Part shown: positions 1 through 9,319 of the stretch, piece by piece
Numbering within the stretch: position 1 is the stretch's first letter
Layout of the letters: each line of letters starts with the position of its first letter
Assembly (NCBI GenBank): GCA_020719895.1
Contig: DYPM01000002.1
Coordinates: 1 to 36,252 of the forward strand
Direction of reading: 5' to 3'
Length of the DNA: 36,252 nt
DNA from: Sulfurovum sp.
GTDB taxonomy: Bacteria; Campylobacterota; Campylobacteria; Campylobacterales; Sulfurovaceae
The notes under the pieces: generated by a model
Database searches by the model: none
Told to the model about the DNA's origin: nothing
Seen by the model: only the letters and a program-made list of their open reading frames with translations
Program-made: the position numbers and the translations under genes

Positions 1-51
1 TTGATAGAGTTTATCGCATAGATTTGTCAAACAAAACTTAAATCTATCTCA

Positions 52-85
52 TGTTACACTTCACCACGATAAATATCAAAAGGAG
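52..85 (+). promoter_or_regulatory. Putative sigma70 extended -10 promoter and RBS of aclBA
   Basis: TGtTACACT at 52-60 with AT-rich upstream sequence; AGGAG at 81-85, 6 nt before ATG 92. Confidence 0.5.
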
Positions 86-91
86 AACTCG

Positions 92-1426
92 ATGGCTCAG
101 AAGGCGATTAGAGAGTATGACGCAAAGTCAATTTTGGCGAAGCATTGGGATAAGTATTTTCCAAACTTTACCTATGCTTACGAAACTATAATGGTTCAAA
201 ATGGATCAGAACTTCAAGAAGTAGCACAAGAGAAAGCGTGGCTTAAAGAAAAAACATTGGTAGCAAAACCAGATATGCTTTTTGGCAAAAGAGGCAAAAA
301 TGGTCTTGTACTTTTCAAAGATGCAAAACCAGGCGATGTCACACTTGCTAAAGCGGCTTCATGGATCGACGAGAAATCCAAAGAGAAACAATCAGTCTAC
401 TTTGCGTTTGATGGAGAGACACCAAGCGGTGAAGCAAAAACAGACTATCTTACACACTTTATCGTAGAGCCATTTACGCCACACACACAAGAGCAAGAGT
501 ACTATATCTCCGCAACCTGCGTAGGCGATGATGATATGCTTTATATGTCTGCTGAAGGTGGTATGGAAGTAGAAGAGAATTGGGACAAAGTGATCGAAGT
601 CGCATTCTCTATCACAGAGAGCGAAGAGGAGATTGCCCAAAAGATCAGAGCCAATATCCCAGCAGATGTAGCACAAAAAGACAAAGAAAATTTCGCTGAA
701 TTTGCAATCGGATTTTTCAAAGCCTATAGAGAACTCAACTTTGCATATCTTGAAATCAACCCGTTTGTGATGCAAGAGAACAAAATCGAACTTCTCGATA
801 TGGTAGCAAAACTTGACGATACAGCAGGCTTTATGATGAGCGAGGCGTGGGGAGATGTAGAGTATCCTACATCATTTGGAATGGAAGAGAAATCTCCTGA
901 AGTCAAAGCGATCGAAGAAGCAGATAGTAAATCAGGGGCTTCACTCAAACTCACGATTCTTAAACCCGAAGCACGTATTTGGACAATGGTAGCAGGCGGA
1001 GGTGCATCCGTAGTGTACGCTGATACAATCGCTGATCTTGCAGGCATCAACGATTTGGCAAACTATGGCGAATATTCAGGTGGTCCTACTACCGACGAGA
1101 CGCAATTTTATGCTGAAACCATTCTTGATCTTATGACACGCCACAAAGATCCAGATGGGAGAGTGAAAGTGCTTATTATCGGAGGTGCAATCGCTAACTT
1201 CACCGATGTTGCGGCAACCTTCACAGGTATTATCAAAGCGTTCAATGCTTACGCCGACAAAATGAAAGAGATTGGCATCAAAATCTATGTCAGACGCGGT
1301 GGACCTAACTATGAAAAAGGTCTCAAAGATATCAAAGAAGCAGCAGACAGATTGGGGCTTTGGATTGACGTATATGGTCCACAGACACACGTCACCGATA
1401 TCGTAAGAATGGCAATAGAGGCATAA
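92..1426 (+). CDS. aclB: ATP-citrate lyase beta (small) subunit
   Basis: N-terminus MAQKAIREYDAK, KPDMLFGKRGKNGLV, EINP, WTMVAGGGASV, NYGEYSGGP, GGAIANFTDV, VRRGGPNY; 444 aa, directly upstream of aclA. Confidence 0.95.
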   Translation: MAQKAIREYDAKSILAKHWDKYFPNFTYAYETIMVQNGSELQEVAQEKAWLKEKTLVAKPDMLFGKRGKNGLVLFKDAKPGDVTLAKAASWIDEKSKEKQSVYFAFDGETPSGEAKTDYLTHFIVEPFTPHTQEQEYYISATCVGDDDMLYMSAEGGMEVEENWDKVIEVAFSITESEEEIAQKIRANIPADVAQKDKENFAEFAIGFFKAYRELNFAYLEINPFVMQENKIELLDMVAKLDDTAGFMMSEAWGDVEYPTSFGMEEKSPEVKAIEEADSKSGASLKLTILKPEARIWTMVAGGGASVVYADTIADLAGINDLANYGEYSGGPTTDETQFYAETILDLMTRHKDPDGRVKVLIIGGAIANFTDVAATFTGIIKAFNAYADKMKEIGIKIYVRRGGPNYEKGLKDIKEAADRLGLWIDVYGPQTHVTDIVRMAIEA

Positions 1427-1435
1427 GGAGAGAAG

Positions 1436-3250
1436 ATGGCAGCACTATTTACAAAAGAAACACAGGCAATTTTTTGGAACAACAACGTAAGTGCGATTCA
1501 GAGAATGTTGGACTACGATTATACGATTCAAAGAGCAACTCCTTCAGTAGCGGCAATTGTCGCACCAACAGGAGATGCAAAATTTCAAATCTTTTTTTGG
1601 GGTGCAGATGAGATCATGATCCCACTCTACAAAAACACCGCAGAGGCAAAAAAAGCACATCCAAATGCAGATGTATTGCTCAACTTCGCTTCTTTTAGAA
1701 CCGCATACGACGTGACAATGGAAGCCCTTGAAATGGGTGGCTTCAACACTATCATGATCACAGCAGAAGGGATTCCTGAAAGACTTGCACGCAAAATGAA
1801 CGCTACAGCAAGAGCAGCGAACGTGACAGTCATCGGACCTGCAACGGTTGGTGGTATCGCTCCAGGTGCTTTCAAAATCGCAAACGTTGGTGGAACTATC
1901 GAAAACATCGTAAACTCAAAACTTCACAGAGCAGGCTCGTGTGGTCTTGTGACACGCTCGGGCGGTTTGTTTAATGAGCTTAGCAATATCGTCGCTATCA
2001 ATGCAGACGGTATCGCTGAAGGTGTTGCAATCGGCGGAGATAGATTTGTTGGTTCAGTATTTATCGATAACCTCCTTAGAATGCAAGACAATCCAGAAGT
2101 AAAATATATGCTTCTTTTGGGCGAAGTAGGCGGTATCGAAGAGTACAAAGTGATCGATGCAATCAAAGAGGGCAAAATCACCAAACCAATCATCGCATGG
2201 TGTATCGGTACAATCGCCAAGTACTACGACAGTGGCGTACAGTTTGGTCACGCAGGTGCATCTGCGAACGCAACAAGAGAGACAGCCGAAGCAAAAAACA
2301 ATGCCATGAGAGAGGTTGGCATCCACGTACCAAACTCTTTTAATGATCTTCCTAAAGTGATTGCCGAAGTGTACAATGATCTCAAAGCTCAAGGTGTGAT
2401 TGGTGAAATCACAGAGCCACAAATAAATGTTGTGCCAAAAGTACGAAAAAGCAAACAGTTCATCTGTACGATTTCAGACGACAGAGGCGATGAAGCGACT
2501 TACGCGGGATTCCCTATCTCTTCAGTTGCAACTCCTGATACAGGCAAAGGAATCGGTGATGTTATCGCGTTGCTTTGGTTTAAAAAACAATATCCAAAAT
2601 GGGCAACAGACTTTATCGAAACAGTCATCAAAACTGTAGCAGACCACGGTCCAGCCGTAAGTGGTGCACACAACGCCAAAGTCACAGCAAGAGCGGGTAA
2701 ATCTGTGGTTGAATCACTCGTAACAGGTCTTTTGACTATCGGACCACGTTTTGGTGGTGCGATTGATGGTGCTGCGGAACATTTCAAATATGCGTACGAC
2801 AACAATCTCACACCAGCAGAGTTCCTCAACCATATGAAAAAACTCGGTATCCCAATCCCTGGTATCGGACACAGAATCAAATCGCTAAGAAACCCTGATC
2901 TTAGAGTCGTTGGACTCAAAAAGTTTGCAAGCGAACATTTCCCCTCTACACCACTTCTTGAGTATGCATTGAGCGTTGAGCAACTTACAACCAGCAAAAA
3001 AGACAATCTTATCCTCAACGTCGATGGCACAATCGGAATCTTGATGGTAGATATGTGGAGAGCCTTGGGATATAGCGAAGAGGAGATCAATGAGTTTATC
3101 GCTTCAGGCACACTCAACGCTTTCTTTATCGCAGGTAGAACAATTGGGTTTATCGGTCACGTACTTGATGAAAAACGTCTTGCAATGCCGATGTACAGAC
3201 ACCCGATGGATGATATCCTCTATCAAGTAGACGAAGCAGAAGAGATATAA
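1436..3250 (+). CDS. aclA: ATP-citrate lyase alpha (large) subunit
   Basis: NFASFR, IGPATVGG, phospho-His motif QFGHAGA, citrate-synthase-like C-domain ADHGPAVSGAHN, GIGHRIKS, LILNVDG; RBS AAGGAG. Confidence 0.95.
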   Translation: MAALFTKETQAIFWNNNVSAIQRMLDYDYTIQRATPSVAAIVAPTGDAKFQIFFWGADEIMIPLYKNTAEAKKAHPNADVLLNFASFRTAYDVTMEALEMGGFNTIMITAEGIPERLARKMNATARAANVTVIGPATVGGIAPGAFKIANVGGTIENIVNSKLHRAGSCGLVTRSGGLFNELSNIVAINADGIAEGVAIGGDRFVGSVFIDNLLRMQDNPEVKYMLLLGEVGGIEEYKVIDAIKEGKITKPIIAWCIGTIAKYYDSGVQFGHAGASANATRETAEAKNNAMREVGIHVPNSFNDLPKVIAEVYNDLKAQGVIGEITEPQINVVPKVRKSKQFICTISDDRGDEATYAGFPISSVATPDTGKGIGDVIALLWFKKQYPKWATDFIETVIKTVADHGPAVSGAHNAKVTARAGKSVVESLVTGLLTIGPRFGGAIDGAAEHFKYAYDNNLTPAEFLNHMKKLGIPIPGIGHRIKSLRNPDLRVVGLKKFASEHFPSTPLLEYALSVEQLTTSKKDNLILNVDGTIGILMVDMWRALGYSEEEINEFIASGTLNAFFIAGRTIGFIGHVLDEKRLAMPMYRHPMDDILYQVDEAEEI

Positions 3251-3253
3251 TCA

Positions 3254-3362
3254 ACACCTCCAAAAACTCCCTTTCGTCATTGTGGGCTTGACCCGCAATC
3301 TTATGTTTAAGGATATAGTAGATGTCAAATCAAGTTTGGCATGACAGTTTTTAGAAATGCTC
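3254..3362. repeat. REP/MITE-like palindromic element, copy 1
   Basis: Ends ACACCTCCAAAAACT ... AGTTTTTAGAAATGCTC form an imperfect inverted pair; internal GTCAT...CTTGA / TCAAG...ATGAC arms; 3256-3301 matches the reverse complement of 14261-14306 at 41/46 nt. Confidence 0.75.
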
Positions 3363-3530
3363 ATATTAAAAAATTCAACTGAAACCTTTTGTTACAATCT
3401 GCCTTACTTTTTCTCCCTCAAAGCCTTATCATCAAAATAAATAATCTTTTTTTGTAATAATAAAAGCTAATCGAGACATCTAAATAGATCTCAAAATAAA
3501 AATGTATTAAATACACGCAGGAGAAAAAGT

Positions 3531-4931
3531 ATGGCATTAGAAAGAAGAGACACTTTTAAACTTGCAGGAGCAATGGTAGCAACTGTAGCTTTTCCGACAC
3601 TTGCGAAAAGCAAACATCAAGAGAACAATGAAAGCAAAACTTCACAAATCGAACAAAATCTTACCAAATCCTCCAAAACAGAACCCTCAAAAACAAACAC
3701 AAAATCAGTCGTAGTCATCGGAGGCGGTTTTGGTGGTCTTATGATCGCCAAAACTCTCAAACTCAAAGACCCAACACTTGAAGTGACAGTGATCGAAAAA
3801 AAAGATATTTTTATCTCATGTCCATTTTCCAATGCGATGTTAGGAGAACTTGATGGCATTACATTTGAAATTTTTATCAGAGATTTTTATCAGCCAGCAC
3901 TAAAATATGGTTATCAATTTGTCCATGCGACAGTCACACAGATTGATAGAAAACAAAAAAAAGTGACAACAACCAACGGCGTTTTTGAGTATGATATTTT
4001 GGTACTCTCTCCAGGGATTGTATATGACTATGAAAAACAGTTTCCAAAATGGAGTGCCACAAAAATAGCGACCATCGCTCAAGCGTGTCCAGCAGCAATG
4101 ATGCCAGGAAATGAACATATTGCTCTCAAAAGAGAGATTGATATGATACAAAGTGGCAATATCGTGATTGTCCCACCTGCAAGTGGAAAATATCGATGTC
4201 CCTCTTCTCCTTTTGAACGTGCTTCGATGTTGGCAAACTATATTGTCCAAGAGGAACTCAATGCTAAAGTGATTATTTTAGATACACGTGATGGACAGTT
4301 TTCAGAAGGAATGGCTTTTAGAGAGTCATGGAGTGATATTTACGGTGATGTGATTGAGTACAAAGGCAATACAGAGATTATTGATATTGACACTGCCAAC
4401 AAAATCATTACCTACAGAGAAGGACAAAAAGCAGAAAGCTTAAACTATCAAGTGTGCAATTTTATGCCACTTCAAAAAGCCTCTCCTATTCTCAAAATGG
4501 CAGAAATAGCAACCGATGAGGCGGGTTATGCGGTAATGGATGGTGTAAGTTTCCGCTCCAAAACCGAAAAAACAATCTACATCATAGGCGATGCTGTCGG
4601 TCACAAAATTCCACCTTCTGCACAAACAGCAATATGGAGTGCATACCGCGCAGCAGATGAGATTATCGCCCAACTTCACAATAAACCATTTGACTCCAAA
4701 CAAGGATTACCCTCCAAAAGTGCAAATGTTTGTTTTTCGCTCATCGTTGGTCAGCCTCACGAAGAGGCGATTATGGCTACACACACTTTTGATATTGATG
4801 AAAATGGCAATCTTAAAGGAGTAGGAAATATTCCTATTCCAGTAGATGGCAATGGAAAGTTTCGCTCTCAAAAAACTGCCACCGCAACACGTGAGTGGTT
4901 TGATGCTACTATGCGTGAACTGTTCGCGTAA
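3531..4931 (+). CDS. Flavocytochrome c sulfide dehydrogenase flavoprotein-like (FccB/SoxF family), Tat-exported
   Basis: Twin-arginine signal ERRDTFK + hydrophobic stretch; VVVIGGGFGG FAD motif; CPFSN; YRCPSSPFERA (cf. CPPGPYERA); IYIIGDA; NVCFS (cf. NTCYS). Confidence 0.8.
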   Translation: MALERRDTFKLAGAMVATVAFPTLAKSKHQENNESKTSQIEQNLTKSSKTEPSKTNTKSVVVIGGGFGGLMIAKTLKLKDPTLEVTVIEKKDIFISCPFSNAMLGELDGITFEIFIRDFYQPALKYGYQFVHATVTQIDRKQKKVTTTNGVFEYDILVLSPGIVYDYEKQFPKWSATKIATIAQACPAAMMPGNEHIALKREIDMIQSGNIVIVPPASGKYRCPSSPFERASMLANYIVQEELNAKVIILDTRDGQFSEGMAFRESWSDIYGDVIEYKGNTEIIDIDTANKIITYREGQKAESLNYQVCNFMPLQKASPILKMAEIATDEAGYAVMDGVSFRSKTEKTIYIIGDAVGHKIPPSAQTAIWSAYRAADEIIAQLHNKPFDSKQGLPSKSANVCFSLIVGQPHEEAIMATHTFDIDENGNLKGVGNIPIPVDGNGKFRSQKTATATREWFDATMRELFA

Positions 4932-4955
4932 CACTACCACCAACTAAGACAAATC

Positions 4956-5513
4956 ATGATTATTGCACTTGAAGGTATCGTCGAAAAAAAAGAGCCTATG
5001 CTTCTTCATCTTAACGTACACGGCATAGTGTATGAAATACACATCTCACTCAACACTTCTCAAGCCATTCGCGAAAAAGAGGTGCGACTCTCCATCACAC
5101 AAGTGATACGCGAAGATGCTCATCTGCTTTTTGGATTTAGTAGTTTAGATGAAAAAAGAATGTTTGACACTGTACTTAAAATCAACGGCGTAGGACCAAA
5201 AGTAGGATTAGCGATCTGCTCTACTTTTACTCCTGAAACATTTGCACGAATAGTTAACAGTAAAGATGTCTCTATGCTCAAACGCGTTCCTGGTATCGGA
5301 CCTAAAGCCGCGAGTCGTATTTTGGTAGAGCTTGCTGATTTTATTGTGGATTCAGGAAGTAGCACGATAGAATCCAATGCGACACTCGAAGCACTGATGG
5401 CATTAGAGAGTTTAGGATTCAAAAAAGAGACTGCACAGCAGGCTCTCAACGGATGTAGCGGTGACACGGCAACACAGCTCAAAGAGGCACTCAAAAAACT
5501 ACAAAGATTGTAG
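4956..5513 (+). CDS. ruvA: Holliday junction branch migration protein RuvA
   Basis: [11 protein letters not shown], helix-hairpin-helix motifs INGVGPK and [13 protein letters not shown]-terminal [11 protein letters not shown]. Confidence 0.95.
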   Translation: MIIALEGIVEKKEPMLLHLNVHGIVYEIHISLNTSQAIREKEVRLSITQVIREDAHLLFGFSSLDEKRMFDTVLKINGVGPKVGLAICSTFTPETFARIVNSKDVSMLKRVPGIGPKAASRILVELADFIVDSGSSTIESNATLEALMALESLGFKKETAQQALNGCSGDTATQLKEALKKLQRL

Positions 5514-5556
5514 TTTGATGATTAAAAATATACAACCAAACTCAAAAGATTTTTAT

Positions 5557-6489
5557 ATGAATATTGTCATTTTAGATGCCAAAACCCTTGGCGATGATTT
5601 GGATTTAACGCCACTCAAAAAGTTTGGCAAACTTGTTGTTTACGAAACTACCAATCCATCCGAAACCTATGAGCGAATTGCAAATGCGACGATAGTGATC
5701 ACCAACAAAGTGATGATTGGTAGGCTTCATATGCAACGCACACCACTACTCAAGCTCATTTGTGTAGCCGCAACGGGGATGAATAATATTGATCTTAAAG
5801 CGGCAAAAGAGATTGGTATTGAGGTAAAAAACGTAGCAGGTTACTCGACACAAAGTGTTGTACAGCATACTTTTGCGATGCTTTTTTATTTGATTGAAAA
5901 CCTCTGTTATTATGATAAATTTGTCAAACACGGTGAGTGGTCGCATTCTGGGATTTTTACCGATGTGAGCCGTCCTTTTTTTGAGATTGCAGGAAAGTCG
6001 TGGGGAATTATCGGTTTTGGAGCGATTGGACAAGAGGTGGCAAGAGTGGCAACGGCATTTGGAGCAAACATAAGCTATCACTCCACAAGCGGACAAAACA
6101 GCAACACCAACTATCCACAAAAATCACTTGAGTCGCTACTTAGGGAGTCTGATATCGTTTCGATTCACGCACCGCTCAACGACACAACACACGATTTGAT
6201 TAGTGCTGAGACTATCGCGTTCTTAAAACACAATGCGATTTTGCTCAATCTTGGACGCGGTGGCATCGTGAACGAAACAGCACTTGCATCCGCCCTAAAT
6301 GAATGTAAGATTTATGCAGGAATAGATGTAATCGAAACCGAACCAATCGCAAAAGACAATCCATTGATGCAGTGCGACACCGATAGGCTTTTTATCACAC
6401 CACATATTGCGTGGGCAAGCAAGGAAGCTAGAGTGAAGCTTTTGGAAGGTATTTTGCACAATATCCAAACATATCTTGAGACGATATAG
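5557..6489 (+). CDS. D-2-hydroxyacid dehydrogenase (NAD-dependent)
   Basis: Start reassigned to MNIVILDAKTLG (ATG 5557); ATGMNNID, GIIGFGAIG, SIHAPL, NLGRGGIV, catalytic TPHIAW. Confidence 0.9.
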   Translation: MNIVILDAKTLGDDLDLTPLKKFGKLVVYETTNPSETYERIANATIVITNKVMIGRLHMQRTPLLKLICVAATGMNNIDLKAAKEIGIEVKNVAGYSTQSVVQHTFAMLFYLIENLCYYDKFVKHGEWSHSGIFTDVSRPFFEIAGKSWGIIGFGAIGQEVARVATAFGANISYHSTSGQNSNTNYPQKSLESLLRESDIVSIHAPLNDTTHDLISAETIAFLKHNAILLNLGRGGIVNETALASALNECKIYAGIDVIETEPIAKDNPLMQCDTDRLFITPHIAWASKEARVKLLEGILHNIQTYLETI

Positions 6490-6510
6490 CAATGTTTTGC
6501 AAGGAGATTT

Positions 6511-8103
6511 ATGACAGATGTACTTATAATCGGTAGTGGCGGAGCAGGACTTAGTGCCGCACTTGCAGTCAAAGAACAAGGAGCCTCTGTAATAATCGCG
6601 AGCAAAAGTACTCCGACTACTGCTCAAACTTCGATGGCTCAAGGTGGTATGAACGCTGTACTTGGAAATGTCGAAGAGGATCATATAAGTATGCATATCG
6701 CCGATACAATCAAGTCTGCACATGGTATTTGCGATGAAAATATGGTACGCAAAATGTGTGCCGATGGTCCTTTGGCGATCGCGTGGCTTGAGCGTTTGGG
6801 TGTGCCATTTTCGCGTCTTGACAATGGCAAAAGCGGTACAGGAAGCATAGCCCAACGCAAACTCGGTGGTGCATCAGCAAAAAGAGCGTGTTATGCACAA
6901 GACTACACAGGGCTAAAAATTCTCCACACACTCTACGATAATTGCCTCAAAGAAGGGATTGAATTTCTCGATGACCATTTTTTGCTCAATCTCGTTACTG
7001 AAGATGGCACTATCAAAGGGGCAACATTTCTTGATATCAGAAGTGGTGAAGTGGTGCAGATTGATGCAAAGTCAGTGGTGATTGCTACGGGCGGTTTTGG
7101 TGCACTTTACCACGGCTACACGACCAATGCTTTTGGAACGACGGGAGATGGAATCGCAGCAGTGCTTCGTGCGGGTGGAAGCGTGAGTGATATGGAGTTT
7201 GTGCAATTTCACCCTACAGGACTCAAACACTCCGCGATTTTGGTCTCTGAAGCAGCAAGAGGCGAAGGTGGCTATTTGGTCAATAGCGATGGTGAACGGT
7301 TTGTTGATGAGTTGTCGCCTCGTGATGTGGTGGCACGTGCAATTTTTGCACAGCTTGAGCAAGAAAAAGAGGTATTTTTGGATGTGCGACATTTGGGCAA
7401 AGAGAAGCTGATGGAGCTTTTACCTCAAGAAGTGGCGTTGTGTCGCCTCCACGAACAGATTGATCCTCTTGAAGCGTTGATTCCCATCAAACCTGTAGCG
7501 CACTACACAATGGGAGGCATTGATGTGGACGATGCACTGGAAGTAAACGGTATCAAAGGGTGTTTTGCCGTTGGTGAGTGTGCGAGTGCGAAGATTCACG
7601 GTGCGAACCGTTTGGGTGGAAATTCGCTTTTGGAGATTGTAGCTTTTGGCAGGTTTGCTGGATCTAATGCTACAAAACACGCGATGTTTGCCCGCACTAC
7701 ACCCGCAAACGATACGCAACTCCTCAAAGATAAAGACTATATCGCACATATTTTTACACAAGAGCATAGTGTCAATTTTTACCCAATCAGACAAAGACTT
7801 GGCGTACTTCTCTATCATAAAGTAGGGATTGTTCGCCAAAATGCAAAGCTTCAAGAGGCACTCTCTGAGGTGATCGCGATGCAAGTCGCACATGCACGAA
7901 TGGGAATTGTAGACCACGCTAAAGCACACAATCAAAACCTTGTAGAGTTTTTGGAGTTCTCCAACGCCTTGTTGCTTACACCAACACTCATCTCAGCAGC
8001 ATTTAGCAGAGACGAGAGCCGTGGTGCCCATTTCAAGATAGAATTTGCGTCTGAAGACAATGAGAGATTTAAAAAACATATTGTGCTTAAGTGGAAACCG
8101 TAA
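6511..8103 (+). CDS. Fumarate reductase/succinate dehydrogenase flavoprotein subunit (FrdA/SdhA family)
   Basis: IIGSGGAGL, AQGG, MEFVQFHPTG, SEAARGEGG, PRDVVAR, HYTMGG, HGANRLGGNSL, ESRGAH; RBS AAGGAG. Confidence 0.9.
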   Translation: MTDVLIIGSGGAGLSAALAVKEQGASVIIASKSTPTTAQTSMAQGGMNAVLGNVEEDHISMHIADTIKSAHGICDENMVRKMCADGPLAIAWLERLGVPFSRLDNGKSGTGSIAQRKLGGASAKRACYAQDYTGLKILHTLYDNCLKEGIEFLDDHFLLNLVTEDGTIKGATFLDIRSGEVVQIDAKSVVIATGGFGALYHGYTTNAFGTTGDGIAAVLRAGGSVSDMEFVQFHPTGLKHSAILVSEAARGEGGYLVNSDGERFVDELSPRDVVARAIFAQLEQEKEVFLDVRHLGKEKLMELLPQEVALCRLHEQIDPLEALIPIKPVAHYTMGGIDVDDALEVNGIKGCFAVGECASAKIHGANRLGGNSLLEIVAFGRFAGSNATKHAMFARTTPANDTQLLKDKDYIAHIFTQEHSVNFYPIRQRLGVLLYHKVGIVRQNAKLQEALSEVIAMQVAHARMGIVDHAKAHNQNLVEFLEFSNALLLTPTLISAAFSRDESRGAHFKIEFASEDNERFKKHIVLKWKP

Positions 8104-8154
8104 AAAAAGATATCAATACCAAAATATCAATATGACCTAACAAAAGAGAATCTT

Positions 8155-8883
8155 ATGACCATACAAATTTTACGAAGCCAAATCAATGACTATCAGACAT
8201 ACACACTTGCAGATGAGGAGATGACACTCCTTAAAGCTTTGATAAAAATTAAAGCGACGCAAGATGCGACACTCACCTTTACGGCAGGATGTCGTGCATC
8301 TGTGTGCGGTACGTGTGCGGTGCGTGTGAACGGACGAGAAGTGTTGTCGTGTGCTCATAAAGTGCGAGATGGCGATATGATCGAACCGCTCAATTACCAT
8401 CCTGTGTTACGTGATCTCAAAGTGGACAAACAGCCCGCACAAAAGACACTTTTAAACGCTACAGCGTGGCTTCATCGTTATCAAGAGGCGGTGCTAACAC
8501 ACAAAGACGAAAGATTCACCGAACGACAAACCGACTGCATCCTTTGCGATGCGTGTTACTCCGCGTGTCCTGTGTTTGCGGTCAATCCTGATTTTTTGGG
8601 TCCTTTTGCACTCACAAGAGCCTATCGCTATAGCGCAGACAAACAAGAGAGTGAAGTCAAATCAATCGTTGAGAGAGTGCAACACAACGGTGTTTGGGAG
8701 TGTACGCTTTGTAGTGGCTGTACACTTGTTTGCCCTAAAGGAATTGATCCAAAGATGGACATTACAATGTTGCGTTCTCTTGTGGTTCAACACGGATACG
8801 AAGATCGCACTTTTGCTCAAATGGGTTTTGGCACACCTGATTTTGGCAGTGAATTTGGGTTTGATTCTAATGGTGAGTTTTAA
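8155..8883 (+). CDS. Fumarate reductase/succinate dehydrogenase iron-sulfur subunit (FrdB/SdhB family)
   Basis: [2Fe-2S] motif CRASVCGTC...C; ferredoxin motifs CILCDACYSACP and CTLCSGCTLVCP; FLGP. Confidence 0.9.
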   Translation: MTIQILRSQINDYQTYTLADEEMTLLKALIKIKATQDATLTFTAGCRASVCGTCAVRVNGREVLSCAHKVRDGDMIEPLNYHPVLRDLKVDKQPAQKTLLNATAWLHRYQEAVLTHKDERFTERQTDCILCDACYSACPVFAVNPDFLGPFALTRAYRYSADKQESEVKSIVERVQHNGVWECTLCSGCTLVCPKGIDPKMDITMLRSLVVQHGYEDRTFAQMGFGTPDFGSEFGFDSNGEF

Positions 8884-8888
8884 ATGAT

Positions 8889-9317
8889 TTATTTGGCTTG
8901 GCAAAACATACATAAACCATAAAGAATAATTTGTTCATACTGTAATTTAAAATCTTTCTGATGTGCTAAATCACTAAAAATATTTTCGATTGATGGCTCA
9001 AGAGGTTTATCCTCAATATTTCCACACGAAGTGCAAATCAAATGAATATGATTCTCTTTTTTTAACTCATATTTAGATTTGATGCCCAAAACAGGAACTT
9101 CAAGAAGCATTCCTATTTCTACCATCATTAAAATATTTTTGTAAACTGTAGCCAATGAAAGAGAGGTGTGTTTCAAAGAAAGTTCTTGATAGAGACTCTC
9201 TATTGTAATATGACCATAGGATTCAATAATCTCAAGAATTGCAATACGTTGAGGTGTTACTTTGAGATTGTTTTTCTTTATGATTTCTATTGATTTGTTT
9301 TGAGGGATATTTTTCAT
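8889..9317 (-). CDS. Fur-family transcriptional repressor, probably PerR
   Basis: LKVTPQRIAIL, H-x-T, SLATVY, HIHLICTSCG, Asp in CGNIED, C-terminal CxxC; adjacent to ahpC. Start placed at ATG 9317 because the longer ORF start runs through an RNA hairpin. Confidence 0.85.
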   Translation of the reverse strand: MKNIPQNKSIEIIKKNNLKVTPQRIAILEIIESYGHITIESLYQELSLKHTSLSLATVYKNILMMVEIGMLLEVPVLGIKSKYELKKENHIHLICTSCGNIEDKPLEPSIENIFSDLAHQKDFKLQYEQIILYGLCMFCQAK

Positions 9318-9319
9318 TT

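Noticed and set aside
2500-3117. 205-aa minus-strand ORF and other short ORFs within aclBA
   Set aside because: Antisense shadows of strongly codon-biased genes; Ser/Ile/Pro-rich composition typical of reverse frames
3473-3492. Short imperfect palindrome GAGACATCTAAATAGATCTC resembling the repeat terminus
   Set aside because: Too short to distinguish an element remnant or operator from chance
5461-5556. N-terminal extension of the 2-hydroxyacid dehydrogenase in the ORF track
   Set aside because: Overlaps ruvA; family homology begins at MNIVILD (5557)
5557-6489. VanH-like D-lactate dehydrogenase replacing ddl function
   Set aside because: No ligase or van genes nearby; protein looks like the ordinary Campylobacterota 2-hydroxyacid dehydrogenase
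6511-8103. L-aspartate oxidase (NadB) call for the flavoprotein lacking the FAD His
   Set aside because: Has HGANRLGGNSL rather than the NadB-type RLASNSL and is followed by a cognate Fe-S subunit
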